Positions 17,717 through 28,355 of a stretch of 46,862 nucleotides of DNA are shown piece after piece; position 1 is the first letter of the stretch, and every line of letters starts with the position of its first letter. The notes beneath the pieces are model-generated. The model did no database searches, was not told the origin of the DNA, and saw only the letters and a program-made list of their open reading frames with translations. Location of the stretch: positions 1 through 46,862 of the forward strand of contig REBV01000158.1 of assembly GCA_007692545.1 (NCBI GenBank), in the 5' to 3' direction. The translations under genes and the position numbers were made by a program. Source of the stretch: Puniceicoccaceae bacterium (GTDB lineage Bacteria; Verrucomicrobiota; Verrucomicrobiia; Opitutales; Coraliomargaritaceae).

Positions 17717-18949
17717 TCAATGTTCGCTGCCGTTGAGGGCAGAGCGGACCTCGTGGATCAAGTTTTGCGCAGATTGCAGGATGCCTCGCAGTTCCTGGCG
17801 CAGGGTCAGGCACCAGACCGGATCGGTTAGTTTTTCGGCTTCGGCGGCATCGAGTGCGGCGAGGGCATCCTTCAAGTAGCGACGTGCTTTCTTGAGTCGC
17901 ACCAGACAATCTCCCGCGAAGAGCGGATCGGGTGGCCATTCTTCAACCCGTCCGTTGAGAGCACCTGCCAGTTTGACCGTAGCCATCCAGATGCCATGCT
18001 TCAGGGCATTGAGCGGATGCTCCTCCTGGGCACCCTCGGGCAGCCAGTCGTTTTGCTCAAGATCATCTGCGGCGCGGTAGCTCAATTGCTGGCACTGCTC
18101 AAATAGTGGGTGGCTCTCCAGATCGCAGGGTTCATCTTCTTTGGCCATCGCTTCCGCGAAGTCTGAATTGATGGTGTCGATATGAAATGGATGATCCGCT
18201 TCTTCATTAGAGCCGAAAGGTTTTGGTTCATCTTCGCCACGCTCCCGGCGAATACGCTCGCGCTCTTCGCGCAGGATGCGGGCATAGTCCTCGGCGTTGG
18301 CCAGCTCGTCCTTTTCCAGGCGCGCCATCACCCGATCATTGAGGAGATCCATGCGGGCGGCCTCTGCATCCGCAGCCGCTTCAGCGGCGCTCAGCGAAGC
18401 GTTCTCCTCATCGCTGGTCTCGTGAGTAGGATTGCCCGCTTCCAGTAGTTGATCCATGAAATTGATCATGGCGCGGCCATTGGCTTCGAGCTGTTCGGCC
18501 TCTTCACCTTCCGACATTTGCCATGCCGCCTCAGGTTCGACTTCCAGTACAAAGTCGGTGGCCTCGATTACGACGCGGCCGTTGCGGACACTGTGCCATT
18601 CCAGGTAGAGGCAATTGCCCCAGTGGTAGGGCATGGGGATTTTGTTGGTATAGTAGTGCTTGAGTTCGTCGTCGGGAATATCGAGGATTTTGACCTTACG
18701 CGCCGCCGTCATGTCGCCGATAACTCCTGTTTGCTCTCGGGCGAACCTCCGTAAATGGTCCGGCATTGGCTGGGGATGTGGGTTGAGAAATTTGAGCCGC
18801 TGCCCTGCCAGGTCACGGTAGGGGTTGCCGGTGAGTTCGAGTTGGACGGGGTGATCGATACCGTTCAACCAGATTTGCCCGTGCACCCGGCCACGGGTGT
18901 GGTTATCGATTTCGCCGCGTTCGATGTAGTCTGTAATGCGCCATGCCAT
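17717..18949 (-). CDS. Hypothetical protein, acidic, function unknown
   Basis: 410-aa ORF with ATG start. Beta-rich N-terminal region (RGEIDN..GRVHGQIW, CLYLEWHS.RNGRVVIE) and helical acidic C-terminus. Confidence 0.8.
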   Translation of the reverse strand: MAWRITDYIERGEIDNHTRGRVHGQIWLNGIDHPVQLELTGNPYRDLAGQRLKFLNPHPQPMPDHLRRFAREQTGVIGDMTAARKVKILDIPDDELKHYYTNKIPMPYHWGNCLYLEWHSVRNGRVVIEATDFVLEVEPEAAWQMSEGEEAEQLEANGRAMINFMDQLLEAGNPTHETSDEENASLSAAEAAADAEAARMDLLNDRVMARLEKDELANAEDYARILREERERIRRERGEDEPKPFGSNEEADHPFHIDTINSDFAEAMAKEDEPCDLESHPLFEQCQQLSYRAADDLEQNDWLPEGAQEEHPLNALKHGIWMATVKLAGALNGRVEEWPPDPLFAGDCLVRLKKARRYLKDALAALDAAEAEKLTDPVWCLTLRQELRGILQSAQNLIHEVRSALNGSEH

Positions 18950-19060
18950 ACAGAGAATGCTTTCGCAAGAGTGATGGAATTGGCAAGCGGAGAATCGTTC
19001 AAAAATTGCTGATGTTCTGTGCGGCAGGCTAAAAAAGCTACAAAAAGAAAATACACAAAA

Positions 19061-19189
19061 AGGGACAGTCCCTGTGTGTGTGGGGGGGGTGGCTTATGGG
19101 CGAAATATAGGTGAAATGGTGTGCGATTCGATAGAGTTACTGGGCGAAACAAAGCACAAGTTACCATTTATCGCTGGAGGGCGTTTATG
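19061..19189. repeat. Degenerate ~130-bp direct repeat, copy 1, starting with palindrome AGGGACAGTCCCT
   Basis: Shares GGGACAGTCCC, CTT.TGGGC.AAA, GTGCGA.TC.AT.GAGTTACTGG and an exact 21-mer AGCACAAGTTACCATTTATCG (19153-19173) with copy 2. Confidence 0.8.
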
Positions 19190-19914
19190 GCTCCGCTTGT
19201 GGCACTTGAATTTGAGCGCTTTCCTGGCTGGTATTGATCGCACGAATGGGGAAGGGGATCACGATTCCTTCAGCCTTGTAGCGTTGGTGCAGCGCTTTGA
19301 TAAAGGCGGAACGTACCCAGAAGCGGTTAAAATACTCTTTAACCCGAAGCATCACGGTGAAATTTACTCTGGAATCGCCGAATGAGGTATAGACAACTAA
19401 GGTTTTGTAATCGTCGACGCCCCATCCGTGAGAAATTAAGAATTTGCGCGCGACTTCCAATGTGAAGCGTTCTACGTGCTCAAGGTCCGCACTATAATGC
19501 ACACCGACCTCTACCGGCACGGAGAGCTCTTTCTCAGGATAGAAGTAGTTAATTATTTTCGATTGAGCGAGGGAGCTGTTGGGTAGGATGACCGTATTGT
19601 TTTGCAGCATGCGCACCCATGTGGAGCGCCAGCCGATCTTTTCGACGAAACCTTGCTCGCCCGTTTCGAGTTCGATGAAATCGCCCACCCGCACGGGTTT
19701 ATCAGTCACCAGTTGGATGCCGGAAAAGACATTCTCCAGTGTCGGTTGCAGGGCCAGGGCGACAGCAAGCGAGGTAATTCCCCGCGAAGCAATCAATGGA
19801 GTGATCGAGACCCCGAGTGTGCCGAGAACGATGAGAAGTCCAAGTGTCACAATGGAGCCGCGAGTGACGACTTGTATGAGACTTCGACTGGTGCGGACGG
19901 TTTCGGGAAATAAG
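19185..19914 (-). pseudogene. mscS: 5'-truncated small-conductance mechanosensitive channel (MscS family) fragment
   Basis: AVALALQPTLENVFSG, KPVRVGDFI, GFVEKIGWRST, ILPNS, EGIVIPFP motifs. The N-terminus is cut off at the repeat, and the predicted TTG start lies inside non-coding repeat copy 2. Confidence 0.7.
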
Positions 19915-20041
19915 AAGGGACAGTCCCTTTTTTTGTAAAGAACTTGTGGGCAAAAAATCTGATCAGTGTGGGTGCGAGTCAATCGAGTTACTGGAGCTTA
20001 ACTGAGCACAAGTTACCATTTATCGAAGGTGGGCGTTCATG
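19915..20041. repeat. Degenerate ~130-bp direct repeat, copy 2
   Basis: AAGGGACAGTCCCTT at 19915-19929; exact 21-mer at 20005-20025. Confidence 0.8.
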
Positions 20042-20099
20042 ATAGAGTTTATCCCCAATAGGCGTTTCTTGAGTCAGTTTTCCAAAGACTACCGGATAA

Positions 20100-22670
20100 C
20101 TATTTAAAAAGCGCCAGCTGATCATCTTCGTCTGTTGTGTCGTTGCCGGATTTTTCCTTACGCAGCCGCTTGCGCAATAGATTATGGGAGGAGTCGTCTG
20201 ATTCCAGGCGCTCAAGTATAATTTTTGCCCGGTCGATTACCGTGGTCGGCAGTCCCGCTAATCGAGCGACTTGTATGCCATAGGAACGGTCGGCCGCGCC
20301 TTTCACAACCTGGCGGACAAAAACGATATCGTCGTTCCATTCCTTCACCGCGACGGAGTAGTTCTCCAGGCGATGGAGGGTCTTGGCTAGTTGAGTGAGC
20401 TCGTGGTAGTGGGTGGCGAATAGCGTCCTGGCACCGGCAGCATCGGCGGGGTGGAGGTGCTCAATCACAGCCCAGGCGATGGAGAGCCCATCATAGGTGC
20501 TGGTGCCACGGCCAATCTCGTCGAGTATGACGAGACTGCACGGAGTCGCGTTGTTCAGAATGTTGGCCGTCTCATTCATCTCGACCATAAACGTGGAGTT
20601 GCCCCGGGCCAGTTCGTCGCTGGCACCGACGCGCGAGAAGATCCGATCAACCACGCCGACCTGACATTTGCGGGCGGGTACCCAGGCGCCGGATTGCGCC
20701 ATCAGCACGATCAGTGCAATCTGGCGAATATAGGTCGATTTACCCGCCATATTGGGGCCTGTGATGAGGGCAATCTGGGGGGCGTCCTCAGTCTCAGCGG
20801 AGCTGGAGAGACGACAGTCGTTGGGCACGAAGGCGTGTGTCCCGGCCAAGCCGAGCCGTTCCTTGCGCATCATTTGTTCGACCACAGGATGACGGCCCTG
20901 GTCGATGAGGAGTGCATCGGATTGATCGAGCTCCGGCTGACAATAGTCCCACTCGCGGGCCAGAGCACTCCAGCCAATAAAAACATCGACCTCCGCCAGC
21001 GCGGCGGCGGTTTCCTTCAGGGCTTCGGCATGTTCGAGAATCGCTGCAATCAGTTCGTTAAAAAGCACTTCTTCGCGGGCTATAGCTTTCTCCTCAGCGT
21101 GGAGAATCTCCCGTTCGCGTTCTTTAAGCACATCAGTGGTGTAGCGCTCCGCGTTTTTCATCGTTTGCTTGCGAACGTAATCTTCCGGAACGAGGGCGAT
21201 GTTACTTTTGGTCACCTCGATAAAGTATCCAAAGGCTCCGTTGTAACGAATACGGAGGTTCTTAATCCCGGTGCGGGTCTGTTCGGATTGTTCGAATTCA
21301 GCCAGCCACTTTTGACTGTCGCGGGTCAAACTGCGGGTGTGGTCGAGTGCCTCATCAAATCCGTCGCGTATCGTACCGCCATCGGCTATATTACCCGGCA
21401 ACTCGTCAGCTAATCCGCTGTCGAGAGTTTTTGCCAGTGAATCGAAATGATGAATACGCTCTGCAATAGCGGCGACCGGGGTATCGGGAAATTCCAGCAG
21501 GGTGGCTGCAATGGAGGGAAGTGTGGCCAGCGTATCGCGCACGCCACCGAGTTCGCGTGGATTACGCATCCGGTTCTGCAAGCGGCCGAGAATACGTTCA
21601 ATATCACGGATGCCTTTGAGTCGGCCCTGTAACTCGGTTGCCAAGCCAGGGGCGGCTACAAATTCGCCAACGCAGCTTTGGCGGCGTTGAATTTCCGCCA
21701 GGGCGATTTCAGGGGCGCCGAGCCAGCGCTCCAGCTGACGGGCTCCAGGGGCGGTCACCGTTGCGTCCATCGCCGCAATCAGAGAGCCGTGTCGGGTATT
21801 GGCGGCTGATTTGAAAATTTCCAGATTTCGCAGTGTCGCCGGGTCCAGGAGTAAGGTGCGCTCGCTGCTGTATTCGCGAATCTTTCGCAGGTTCTCCGGC
21901 TTAGCGCAGAGTGTCTCTGTTGCGTAGTGGATGAGTGCACCTGCCGCGCCGAGAGCGGGGTGGTCTTTATCCAGGCCAAAGCCTTCCAGATTGAGCACGC
22001 CGAGTGCTTCCATTACAGACTGTGCGCCGGAAGCTTCGTCAAAATGGTAGTCGGCGATGGAACTGATGGCCCGCCCATCGCCGAGATGGGTATAGAGTTC
22101 GCGGAAGCGTGGGTCGGTATGGGGAAGCGTCCATTGCTCTGCTGCGTGCTCTGGCACGATAATCTCGCGCGGGTCGAGACTTTCGAAGGCCGCAAAAAGA
22201 TTTTCAGGCTTGGCCTCTGAAGCGAGGAAGAACTCCCCCGTGGTGAGATCGAGCCAGGCAGCATTGAGTATTTTTTTGTTAAGGGAAAGGGCGAGGAGGA
22301 AGTGATTTCGGTGCGCATCGATTTGGGTGTCTGCGAGGCGTGTGCCTGGGGTAATGATTCGGGTCAGTTGGCGTTTAACCAGCTTCCCGGGCTGAGGCGG
22401 TTCCACTTGATCGCAAATGGCGACCTTCACTCCCTGATCGAGCAGCTTTTGGATATAGCCATCGGCTGCGTGGAATGGGATACCGGCCATGGGCATGCCA
22501 TGTCGATGTGTGAGTGTGATGCCCAATAGTTTAGCTCCCCACTCCGCATCTTGTTTAAAAATTTCGTAGAAGTCGCCCAAACGAAACATCAGCAGCGTGT
22601 CATCCGCCAGCTTGGCACGGATTTCATGCCATTGCTGCATCATGGGAGTGAGTTTCTTTTCGTCGGCCAT
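20100..22670 (-). CDS. mutS: DNA mismatch repair protein MutS
   Basis: TPMMQQ, FRLGDFYE, Walker A TGPNMAGKSTY, STFMVEM, DEIGRGTST, FATHYHEL, SYGIQVARLAG. Confidence 0.97.
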   Translation of the reverse strand: MADEKKLTPMMQQWHEIRAKLADDTLLMFRLGDFYEIFKQDAEWGAKLLGITLTHRHGMPMAGIPFHAADGYIQKLLDQGVKVAICDQVEPPQPGKLVKRQLTRIITPGTRLADTQIDAHRNHFLLALSLNKKILNAAWLDLTTGEFFLASEAKPENLFAAFESLDPREIIVPEHAAEQWTLPHTDPRFRELYTHLGDGRAISSIADYHFDEASGAQSVMEALGVLNLEGFGLDKDHPALGAAGALIHYATETLCAKPENLRKIREYSSERTLLLDPATLRNLEIFKSAANTRHGSLIAAMDATVTAPGARQLERWLGAPEIALAEIQRRQSCVGEFVAAPGLATELQGRLKGIRDIERILGRLQNRMRNPRELGGVRDTLATLPSIAATLLEFPDTPVAAIAERIHHFDSLAKTLDSGLADELPGNIADGGTIRDGFDEALDHTRSLTRDSQKWLAEFEQSEQTRTGIKNLRIRYNGAFGYFIEVTKSNIALVPEDYVRKQTMKNAERYTTDVLKEREREILHAEEKAIAREEVLFNELIAAILEHAEALKETAAALAEVDVFIGWSALAREWDYCQPELDQSDALLIDQGRHPVVEQMMRKERLGLAGTHAFVPNDCRLSSSAETEDAPQIALITGPNMAGKSTYIRQIALIVLMAQSGAWVPARKCQVGVVDRIFSRVGASDELARGNSTFMVEMNETANILNNATPCSLVILDEIGRGTSTYDGLSIAWAVIEHLHPADAAGARTLFATHYHELTQLAKTLHRLENYSVAVKEWNDDIVFVRQVVKGAADRSYGIQVARLAGLPTTVIDRAKIILERLESDDSSHNLLRKRLRKEKSGNDTTDEDDQLALFK

Positions 22671-22795
22671 AGTGTCCTATCAAAGACTTCAATTCTCACA
22701 GGCCAAACCTTCAATTCGAGAAAAAACGCGATTATTTGAGTTAGCCACGGTCAAGCCGGCTCTTTAGCGGTAGCTGCGATCAGTAAATCAGATCC

Positions 22796-24163
22796 TCAAC
22801 GGGTCAGGATAATGGTGGCGGCGGGAGCGTTGGCGACGGGAGTCTGGGCGACGGAGTCTGGAAAAACGGCTACGCGACCAGTCAACTGAATACTACCTGC
22901 GAGGTCCTTGACTACGTATGCCTGAGTTATCTCAATCTCGCTTAGGTCGGGTGAATCGAGCCGGACATACCCAAGTTGGATTCGGTAGTTTCCATCCGGT
23001 CGAGTTGCATCTGTTTGAAATTGAACTACCTCAGTGATTGTTCCGGTTTGGACGATTTCATCGGCGGCATCGCGGTAGGCGTAACTTCCGCCGTTTCCAG
23101 CGGCGTTAAATAGCAATTCCACCGAATGGATCGGGCTATCGCCAATGAAACCGGTGGCGAGGACAGAGATGTTCCGAACGGATGCGGGTATTGTAACTGC
23201 TGGAGGGAAAATAACCTGAAGGGCGCGGAAAAATTGCTGGTCGGTGCGGGCAGGTGGGTTGGACGCCTGAAGGAATCCGGCAATATTTTGATCGGCCAGG
23301 GTCAGCGGGGGCGCATCAATTGCGAGGACTGCTTGCAGCCGCCGCCAATTCATCAGGTCGTCGGAGTATTCGATCACACCGAGGCTACCAGAGGAGATGA
23401 CCCCGTGCAGGATGGGCTCCGGCATCGATCCGCTCGAATCGACCGTAAGGTCTAACGCAAGTTTCGCTACAACGGGTAGGTCATGATGTTCAAGAGGAAA
23501 CGCCTCGGCCTCGACTCCAACCCGGCGAATCGTCACCGATTCGATCACGACCGGAGTGAGGGGGCGGTCATCCGAGGTGTCGACCGCATTGATCGCGTCG
23601 ATCACTGCCCGGCTGCCCGTCACTACATTGTTGCCCCCGTCATCCTCCGGAATAAATCCAAAAATCGTGTGAAGGCCGTTTAAATGCGCCGGTAAGCTCG
23701 TTGTGGGGGCGGTAATGAAAAATTGCGAGCCGTTGGTATTGCGCCCGGAGTTTGCCATTGCGACTCGGTAGGGTTGGTTGAAAACCGCGTTTTCGGTTTC
23801 GTCGATGAAGCGGTATCCAGGCCCCGCAGTGCCGGTCCCAAGAGGACACCCGCCTTGATTCATAAAACCGGCGATCACGCGGTGAAAGATGAGTCCGTCG
23901 TAAAACGGAACCCCTTCGCGGAGGACACCGGTCTCGGCATCCCGCCAAGCCTTTTCCCCGGTCGCCAATCCCGCAAAGTTTGCCACTGTGCGCGGCGCGT
24001 TTTCCGGGTCCAACTGGATCGTAAAAGTGCCCATATTGGTCGTCATATCCGCAAAAATTTGCGCCTTGGCCGAAGTGCTCGGCAGAAGCGATGCCAAGCA
24101 AATAGATATAAGGGTGAGATGAAAACGCAACTTCCGCAGGTCTGAGGTAGCAATGTGCTTCAT
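22796..24163 (-). CDS. Secreted cyclophilin-type peptidyl-prolyl isomerase with C-terminal extension
   Basis: Signal peptide; APRTVANF, FYDGLIFHRVIAGFMNQGG, AMANSG.NTNGSQFFIT, HLNGLHTIFG; about 240-aa extra C-terminal region. Confidence 0.9.
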   Translation of the reverse strand: MKHIATSDLRKLRFHLTLISICLASLLPSTSAKAQIFADMTTNMGTFTIQLDPENAPRTVANFAGLATGEKAWRDAETGVLREGVPFYDGLIFHRVIAGFMNQGGCPLGTGTAGPGYRFIDETENAVFNQPYRVAMANSGRNTNGSQFFITAPTTSLPAHLNGLHTIFGFIPEDDGGNNVVTGSRAVIDAINAVDTSDDRPLTPVVIESVTIRRVGVEAEAFPLEHHDLPVVAKLALDLTVDSSGSMPEPILHGVISSGSLGVIEYSDDLMNWRRLQAVLAIDAPPLTLADQNIAGFLQASNPPARTDQQFFRALQVIFPPAVTIPASVRNISVLATGFIGDSPIHSVELLFNAAGNGGSYAYRDAADEIVQTGTITEVVQFQTDATRPDGNYRIQLGYVRLDSPDLSEIEITQAYVVKDLAGSIQLTGRVAVFPDSVAQTPVANAPAATIILTR

Positions 24164-24181
24164 GAATGGGTAGTTCTTTCC

Positions 24182-25729
24182 TTAAACAGCAAGTTGAAGC
24201 AGCTCTTCGATGCTTGGGATGTCTTTGATGATTTGGTTGGGAGCCGGGCCGACGCCGATATAGCGAAGATTAGGCTTTTTATCTTTGTGCTGGTCGCCGT
24301 GGTTGGCGATCTCGATGAGGGCGCGCATGAGCCAGGCCACATAGACTTTGGCGGCGTTGGGCAAATCGGCGAAGTGCCTGGTATTGGAAATGTCCTCGCT
24401 CCACCCGGGCAATGTTTTATAAACGGGCTTGAGTCGGCGGTGCATTTGGGTGTCACGGGGCACGTGGTGGACGATGCGACCATCTTCGTCTTGGTAAGCG
24501 GTGCAAATTTGGAGTTCTCCTTGCCAGTCTCCTGAGTGGGAGAGGGCATCGAGTTTATTCAGGACGAGGTCTTGATAGCCGCCGTAGCGGAGGGCGTCGC
24601 CTTTTTCGACGGCATCATACCAGCCGACCATGCGCTGACGGCCGGTGGTGGCACCGAACTCGATCTTGCGGAGCAGGGTGCTGAGTGGGTGGTCCAGATC
24701 GATTTCAGAAATAAATATGTGTGTCCCAACCTTGGTGTCGTAGGCCTTGCAGCAACCGACGTTGTGGATGGCTTGGGCCGGAATCCCGGCCGATTGAAAA
24801 AACTCCGGGGTGAAGGTGTGCGAGGCGGTCACGTTGGGGGGGAAGCCGTGTCGCTTATCCAGCCAGTAGGCCTGCCCAAATTCACCGATGATGTAATTGC
24901 CTTTATCCTGCTCGCGGAGGATGAGTTCGCGGACATCACAGACTTGGGGTGCCAGGGTTTGGCCTGCCTGCCAATAGGCTGCGATCAGTTGTTCTGTATC
25001 GAGGGTGAAGGGGGCATCCCCGGCAAATTGGCTGAAGTCGAAATCGTTGGCTGGAAAAACGCCGGCTGCGATGACCTCCGCATTGGCACGTGTTTCAGCT
25101 CCGCTGAGGGTTTCGAAGAATTTTGGCCAGCGTCCCGGGGCGACTTGACAGACATGCTGAATGACGCGCAGCGCGCGGTCGATACGGCCACGCATTTTTT
25201 CTTCGAAGGTAGCACGGCTGCCGAGGAAATCGGCGTAGTAGATCTGGAACTGGCCCACTTCGTCGAGGTAGGCTGGGGTGATCCCACGGCCGGTGGATCC
25301 GCGTTTGTCGCCCCCGAGTATTTGAACACGGTAGTCCTCCCAAGCCAGATCGAGGAGTCGGTGGGAGAGGTCGGAGACGAGGCAGCGCTCGTCTATGGCG
25401 AGGCGTTTGAGGGCGGTGTGCCCGTGGAGTTCGGCGTAGGCGGACTCCCAGAGGAATTTCCTTGGGTCGGCGACAACGCCGGCACCGATGGGGAGGTGGG
25501 GGACTTTGGGATCGGCCACGCCGCCGGGCAGGAGGTTGAGCTTGAGCCCCGCGACGGTGTGGCCCGAGTTGGAGCCGCCGTTGACCTTCATGACGGCTGC
25601 TACGGCGTCGTCGCGGCCGGTATTTTCGCGGAGTTCGTTGATAATCTCGAGGATGACGCGGCCTTTGCCTTCGTCGCCGGTAGAGATGCCGGTATCGGCG
25701 ATGAGTTGGGAGGAGAATGGGGTGAGCAT
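24182..25729 (-). CDS. purA: Adenylosuccinate synthetase (divergent, long form)
   Basis: [57 protein letters not shown]. Adjacent to guaB. Confidence 0.9.
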   Translation of the reverse strand: MLTPFSSQLIADTGISTGDEGKGRVILEIINELRENTGRDDAVAAVMKVNGGSNSGHTVAGLKLNLLPGGVADPKVPHLPIGAGVVADPRKFLWESAYAELHGHTALKRLAIDERCLVSDLSHRLLDLAWEDYRVQILGGDKRGSTGRGITPAYLDEVGQFQIYYADFLGSRATFEEKMRGRIDRALRVIQHVCQVAPGRWPKFFETLSGAETRANAEVIAAGVFPANDFDFSQFAGDAPFTLDTEQLIAAYWQAGQTLAPQVCDVRELILREQDKGNYIIGEFGQAYWLDKRHGFPPNVTASHTFTPEFFQSAGIPAQAIHNVGCCKAYDTKVGTHIFISEIDLDHPLSTLLRKIEFGATTGRQRMVGWYDAVEKGDALRYGGYQDLVLNKLDALSHSGDWQGELQICTAYQDEDGRIVHHVPRDTQMHRRLKPVYKTLPGWSEDISNTRHFADLPNAAKVYVAWLMRALIEIANHGDQHKDKKPNLRYIGVGPAPNQIIKDIPSIEELLQLAV

Positions 25730-25751
25730 GTCGGAGGTGAAGCGAAGGGGG

Positions 25752-27326
25752 TTATTTGGTCGAATCGCTCCCGGCATCACTAGTTTTTACAGTGATGACA
25801 TCGTGGGGGGCGGACTCTTTTTGTCCGGCGGGGCTGACGCGTATATAGCGGGCTTTGGAGCGGAGGTCGGCGAGGTCTTTGGCGCCGAGATAGCCCATGC
25901 CGGACTGTATTCCGCCGACGAGTTCGCGTAGCACGCTGCTGAGCGAACCGGCGGCTTCTTTGAGGGCTTCGATGCCTTCGGCGGCGGCTTTGGTGGCGAC
26001 ATCTTTCCGGTCGTGCCCGTAGCGGGCGGCTGAGCCGTCTTTCATGGCGGCGCTACTGCCCATGCCACGGTATTGTTTGTAGAGTTTGCCATTAATTTCG
26101 AGAAGCTGGCCGGGGGCTTCATTACAGCCAGCCAGAAGGCTGCCGCACATGACGCCATCGGCGAGCGTGAGGGCTTTGACCATATCACCGGACTTGGAGA
26201 TACCGCCATCGGCCAGGATGGCGACGCCCTTTTTGCGGGCGGCGATGGAGGCGACGTAGAGGGCCGTCATTTGCGGTATGCCGACCCCGGCGACGATGCG
26301 GGTGGTGCAGATGGAGCCGGGCCCCTGGCCGATTTTTATCGTATCGGCACCGGCATCGGCGAGAAATTCAACGCCTTCAGCGCTGGTCACATTTCCGGCG
26401 ATCAGGGTCAAGTCCGGAAATTCGGCGCGCAGCATACGGATGCTATCGCCAACGCCTTTGGAAAACCCGTGGGCGGTCGAGACGGCGACGGCATCGACGC
26501 CTTCGTCGACCAATTTGCCGACGTGGGCAAAGATACGGTCGCGGTCGAGCTCGCCCGCGTCATTGCGATGAGCAGCGATGGCAGCGCCACACATGAGGCG
26601 GAAATGGCTATCTCGGGCGGGCTTAACGCTTTGGTGCGATTCGGCATCGATGCGCTCAATGTCAGATAAGGTGAAGAGGCCCCGCAGGCGGTCTTCGTCG
26701 TCCACCACAAGCAGTTTGTGGATGCCGAGGTGATCGGTGAAAAACTTGTCGGCTACTTTGATGGGGTCTTGTTTGATCTCTTTTTCGGGGAGTGTGTAGA
26801 CTTGGTTGCGTGGGGTCATTGCTTCGGAGACGAGGCGCTCGGCGTAGCGGGCTTTGACTGCGCGTCCAGGCAGGAGGCCGAGTAGTTTCCCGTTTTCATC
26901 GACCACGGGGAAGGTGCTGAAGCCGTAGCCACGGTCGGCGATGCGATCCATGACCTCGCCAATTTTTTGCTGGGGCCCGACTTTGATCGGCTCCTGGATG
27001 AAGCCGTGGATGTGGTTTTTGACCCGAGCGACCTCGCGCACCTGCTTTTCGTCGCTCATGTTGTAATGAATGAGGCCCATGCCGCCGTTGAGTGCCATTT
27101 GAATCGCCATCTTCGACTCGGTGACGGTGTCCATATCGGAGGAGATGATGGGAATCTGCAAGGCCAGCGACTCTGAGAGCTGGGTGGCCAGATTTGTTTG
27201 GCGGGGGAGGACATCCGAATAGAGCGTGGCTAGCGAGATGTCATCGTAAGTCAGGCCAACGGGTAGGTTGGCTTGGAAGAACTGATCGGCTGCAAGATAG
27301 TAGTCTTCGATTCGCGGAGCTTTCAT
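25752..27326 (-). CDS. guaB: Inosine-5'-monophosphate dehydrogenase with CBS pair
   Basis: [41 protein letters not shown]. Confidence 0.96.
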   Translation of the reverse strand: MKAPRIEDYYLAADQFFQANLPVGLTYDDISLATLYSDVLPRQTNLATQLSESLALQIPIISSDMDTVTESKMAIQMALNGGMGLIHYNMSDEKQVREVARVKNHIHGFIQEPIKVGPQQKIGEVMDRIADRGYGFSTFPVVDENGKLLGLLPGRAVKARYAERLVSEAMTPRNQVYTLPEKEIKQDPIKVADKFFTDHLGIHKLLVVDDEDRLRGLFTLSDIERIDAESHQSVKPARDSHFRLMCGAAIAAHRNDAGELDRDRIFAHVGKLVDEGVDAVAVSTAHGFSKGVGDSIRMLRAEFPDLTLIAGNVTSAEGVEFLADAGADTIKIGQGPGSICTTRIVAGVGIPQMTALYVASIAARKKGVAILADGGISKSGDMVKALTLADGVMCGSLLAGCNEAPGQLLEINGKLYKQYRGMGSSAAMKDGSAARYGHDRKDVATKAAAEGIEALKEAAGSLSSVLRELVGGIQSGMGYLGAKDLADLRSKARYIRVSPAGQKESAPHDVITVKTSDAGSDSTK

Positions 27327-27383
27327 GGGGCGACTTCAGCAAAAGATTGTCTTTTCTCAAGGAGAAATGACTGTGGGGGGCAA

Positions 27384-28355
27384 ATGAGCGGACAAATAGC
27401 AGTCAAACCCTATGCGCGCCGATTCTGTGAGCCGCTACGCACGGCGCGGGGAAGTTGGGCGCTACGCAAGGGTTTTTTACTCCGTGTTGAGCGGGAGGGC
27501 GGCTACGGGTATGGGGAAGTCGCGCCGCTGCCTGAGTTTGGCTCGGAAACGGTGTCGAGCGCGGAGGCCTTTCTGGAGGCACTTGAGGCGAGCCCGGATT
27601 TGGCCGTGCCGGATGATTTGCCTTGTTGTGCATTTGCGCTGTCTGCGGCGCGACTGCCCCGGCCGTCGCTTCGGTCTTATTCGGTCAGTGGGCTCCTTTC
27701 AGCCGGCGCCGAGGCACTCGGGCAATCGGCCCAAAAGCTGGCGGCGGGGTATCGTAGTCTGAAGTGGAAGATCGGAGTCGCACCCATAGAGGAAGAGCTC
27801 CGGATCGCAGAGCGCTTATTGAAGAGTCTGGACGGCGGGGTGCGTGTTCGATTCGATGCCAATGGCAGCCTGAGCACGGCACAGCTCGAGTCGTGGTTGG
27901 CGGTCTTGGGTCAATTCCCCGGGCAAGTCGATTATCTGGAGCAACCTTTGCCCTGTGGTGAAGAAGCGGTAATGCAACGCTACTTGGAAGCCTCCGGGGT
28001 GGAGATTGCGCTGGATGAATCCCTGAACGGACCGGACGGCCAGCGATGGATGGCTCCCGGTGCCTGGAGCGGGCCGCTGGTGATCAAAGCGCCGCTGATG
28101 GGTGATGTAGTCAAGCTAGCCGAGCGCCTGGAGCCTGTGGCCAGGCAGGTTGTGTTGTCTTCTGTTTTCGAGACTGGAGTCGGCTTGGAAAACAGTTTGC
28201 GGATCGCGGATAGTTTGGCTGCGGTGCATCGGCCAATTGGCTTCGATACGATGCATGCCTTTGACGATGCGCTGAGCCCGCTGGTTTCAGAACCCGAAAT
28301 TTGCGTGGAGGCGCGCCGTGCGTACACTCCCGAACAAATATGGAATTTGATCTAG
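27384..28355 (+). CDS. menC: o-succinylbenzoate synthase
   Basis: Enolase-superfamily motifs GYGEVAPLP, KWKIG, RFDANG, LEQP, ALDES, SSVFETGVG. Overlaps menE. Confidence 0.85.
   Translation: MSGQIAVKPYARRFCEPLRTARGSWALRKGFLLRVEREGGYGYGEVAPLPEFGSETVSSAEAFLEALEASPDLAVPDDLPCCAFALSAARLPRPSLRSYSVSGLLSAGAEALGQSAQKLAAGYRSLKWKIGVAPIEEELRIAERLLKSLDGGVRVRFDANGSLSTAQLESWLAVLGQFPGQVDYLEQPLPCGEEAVMQRYLEASGVEIALDESLNGPDGQRWMAPGAWSGPLVIKAPLMGDVVKLAERLEPVARQVVLSSVFETGVGLENSLRIADSLAAVHRPIGFDTMHAFDDALSPLVSEPEICVEARRAYTPEQIWNLI

Noticed and set aside
19074-19385. 103-aa plus-strand ORF across repeat copy 1
   Set aside because: It is antisense to mscS, and the frame is not preserved in repeat copy 2.
24536-25783. 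415-aa plus-strand ORF (and similar long antisense ORFs at 6427-7200, 20451-21413, 41632-42432)
   Set aside because: These are shadow ORFs opposite well-supported genes, expected from codon bias in GC-rich DNA; they show no recognisable motifs.
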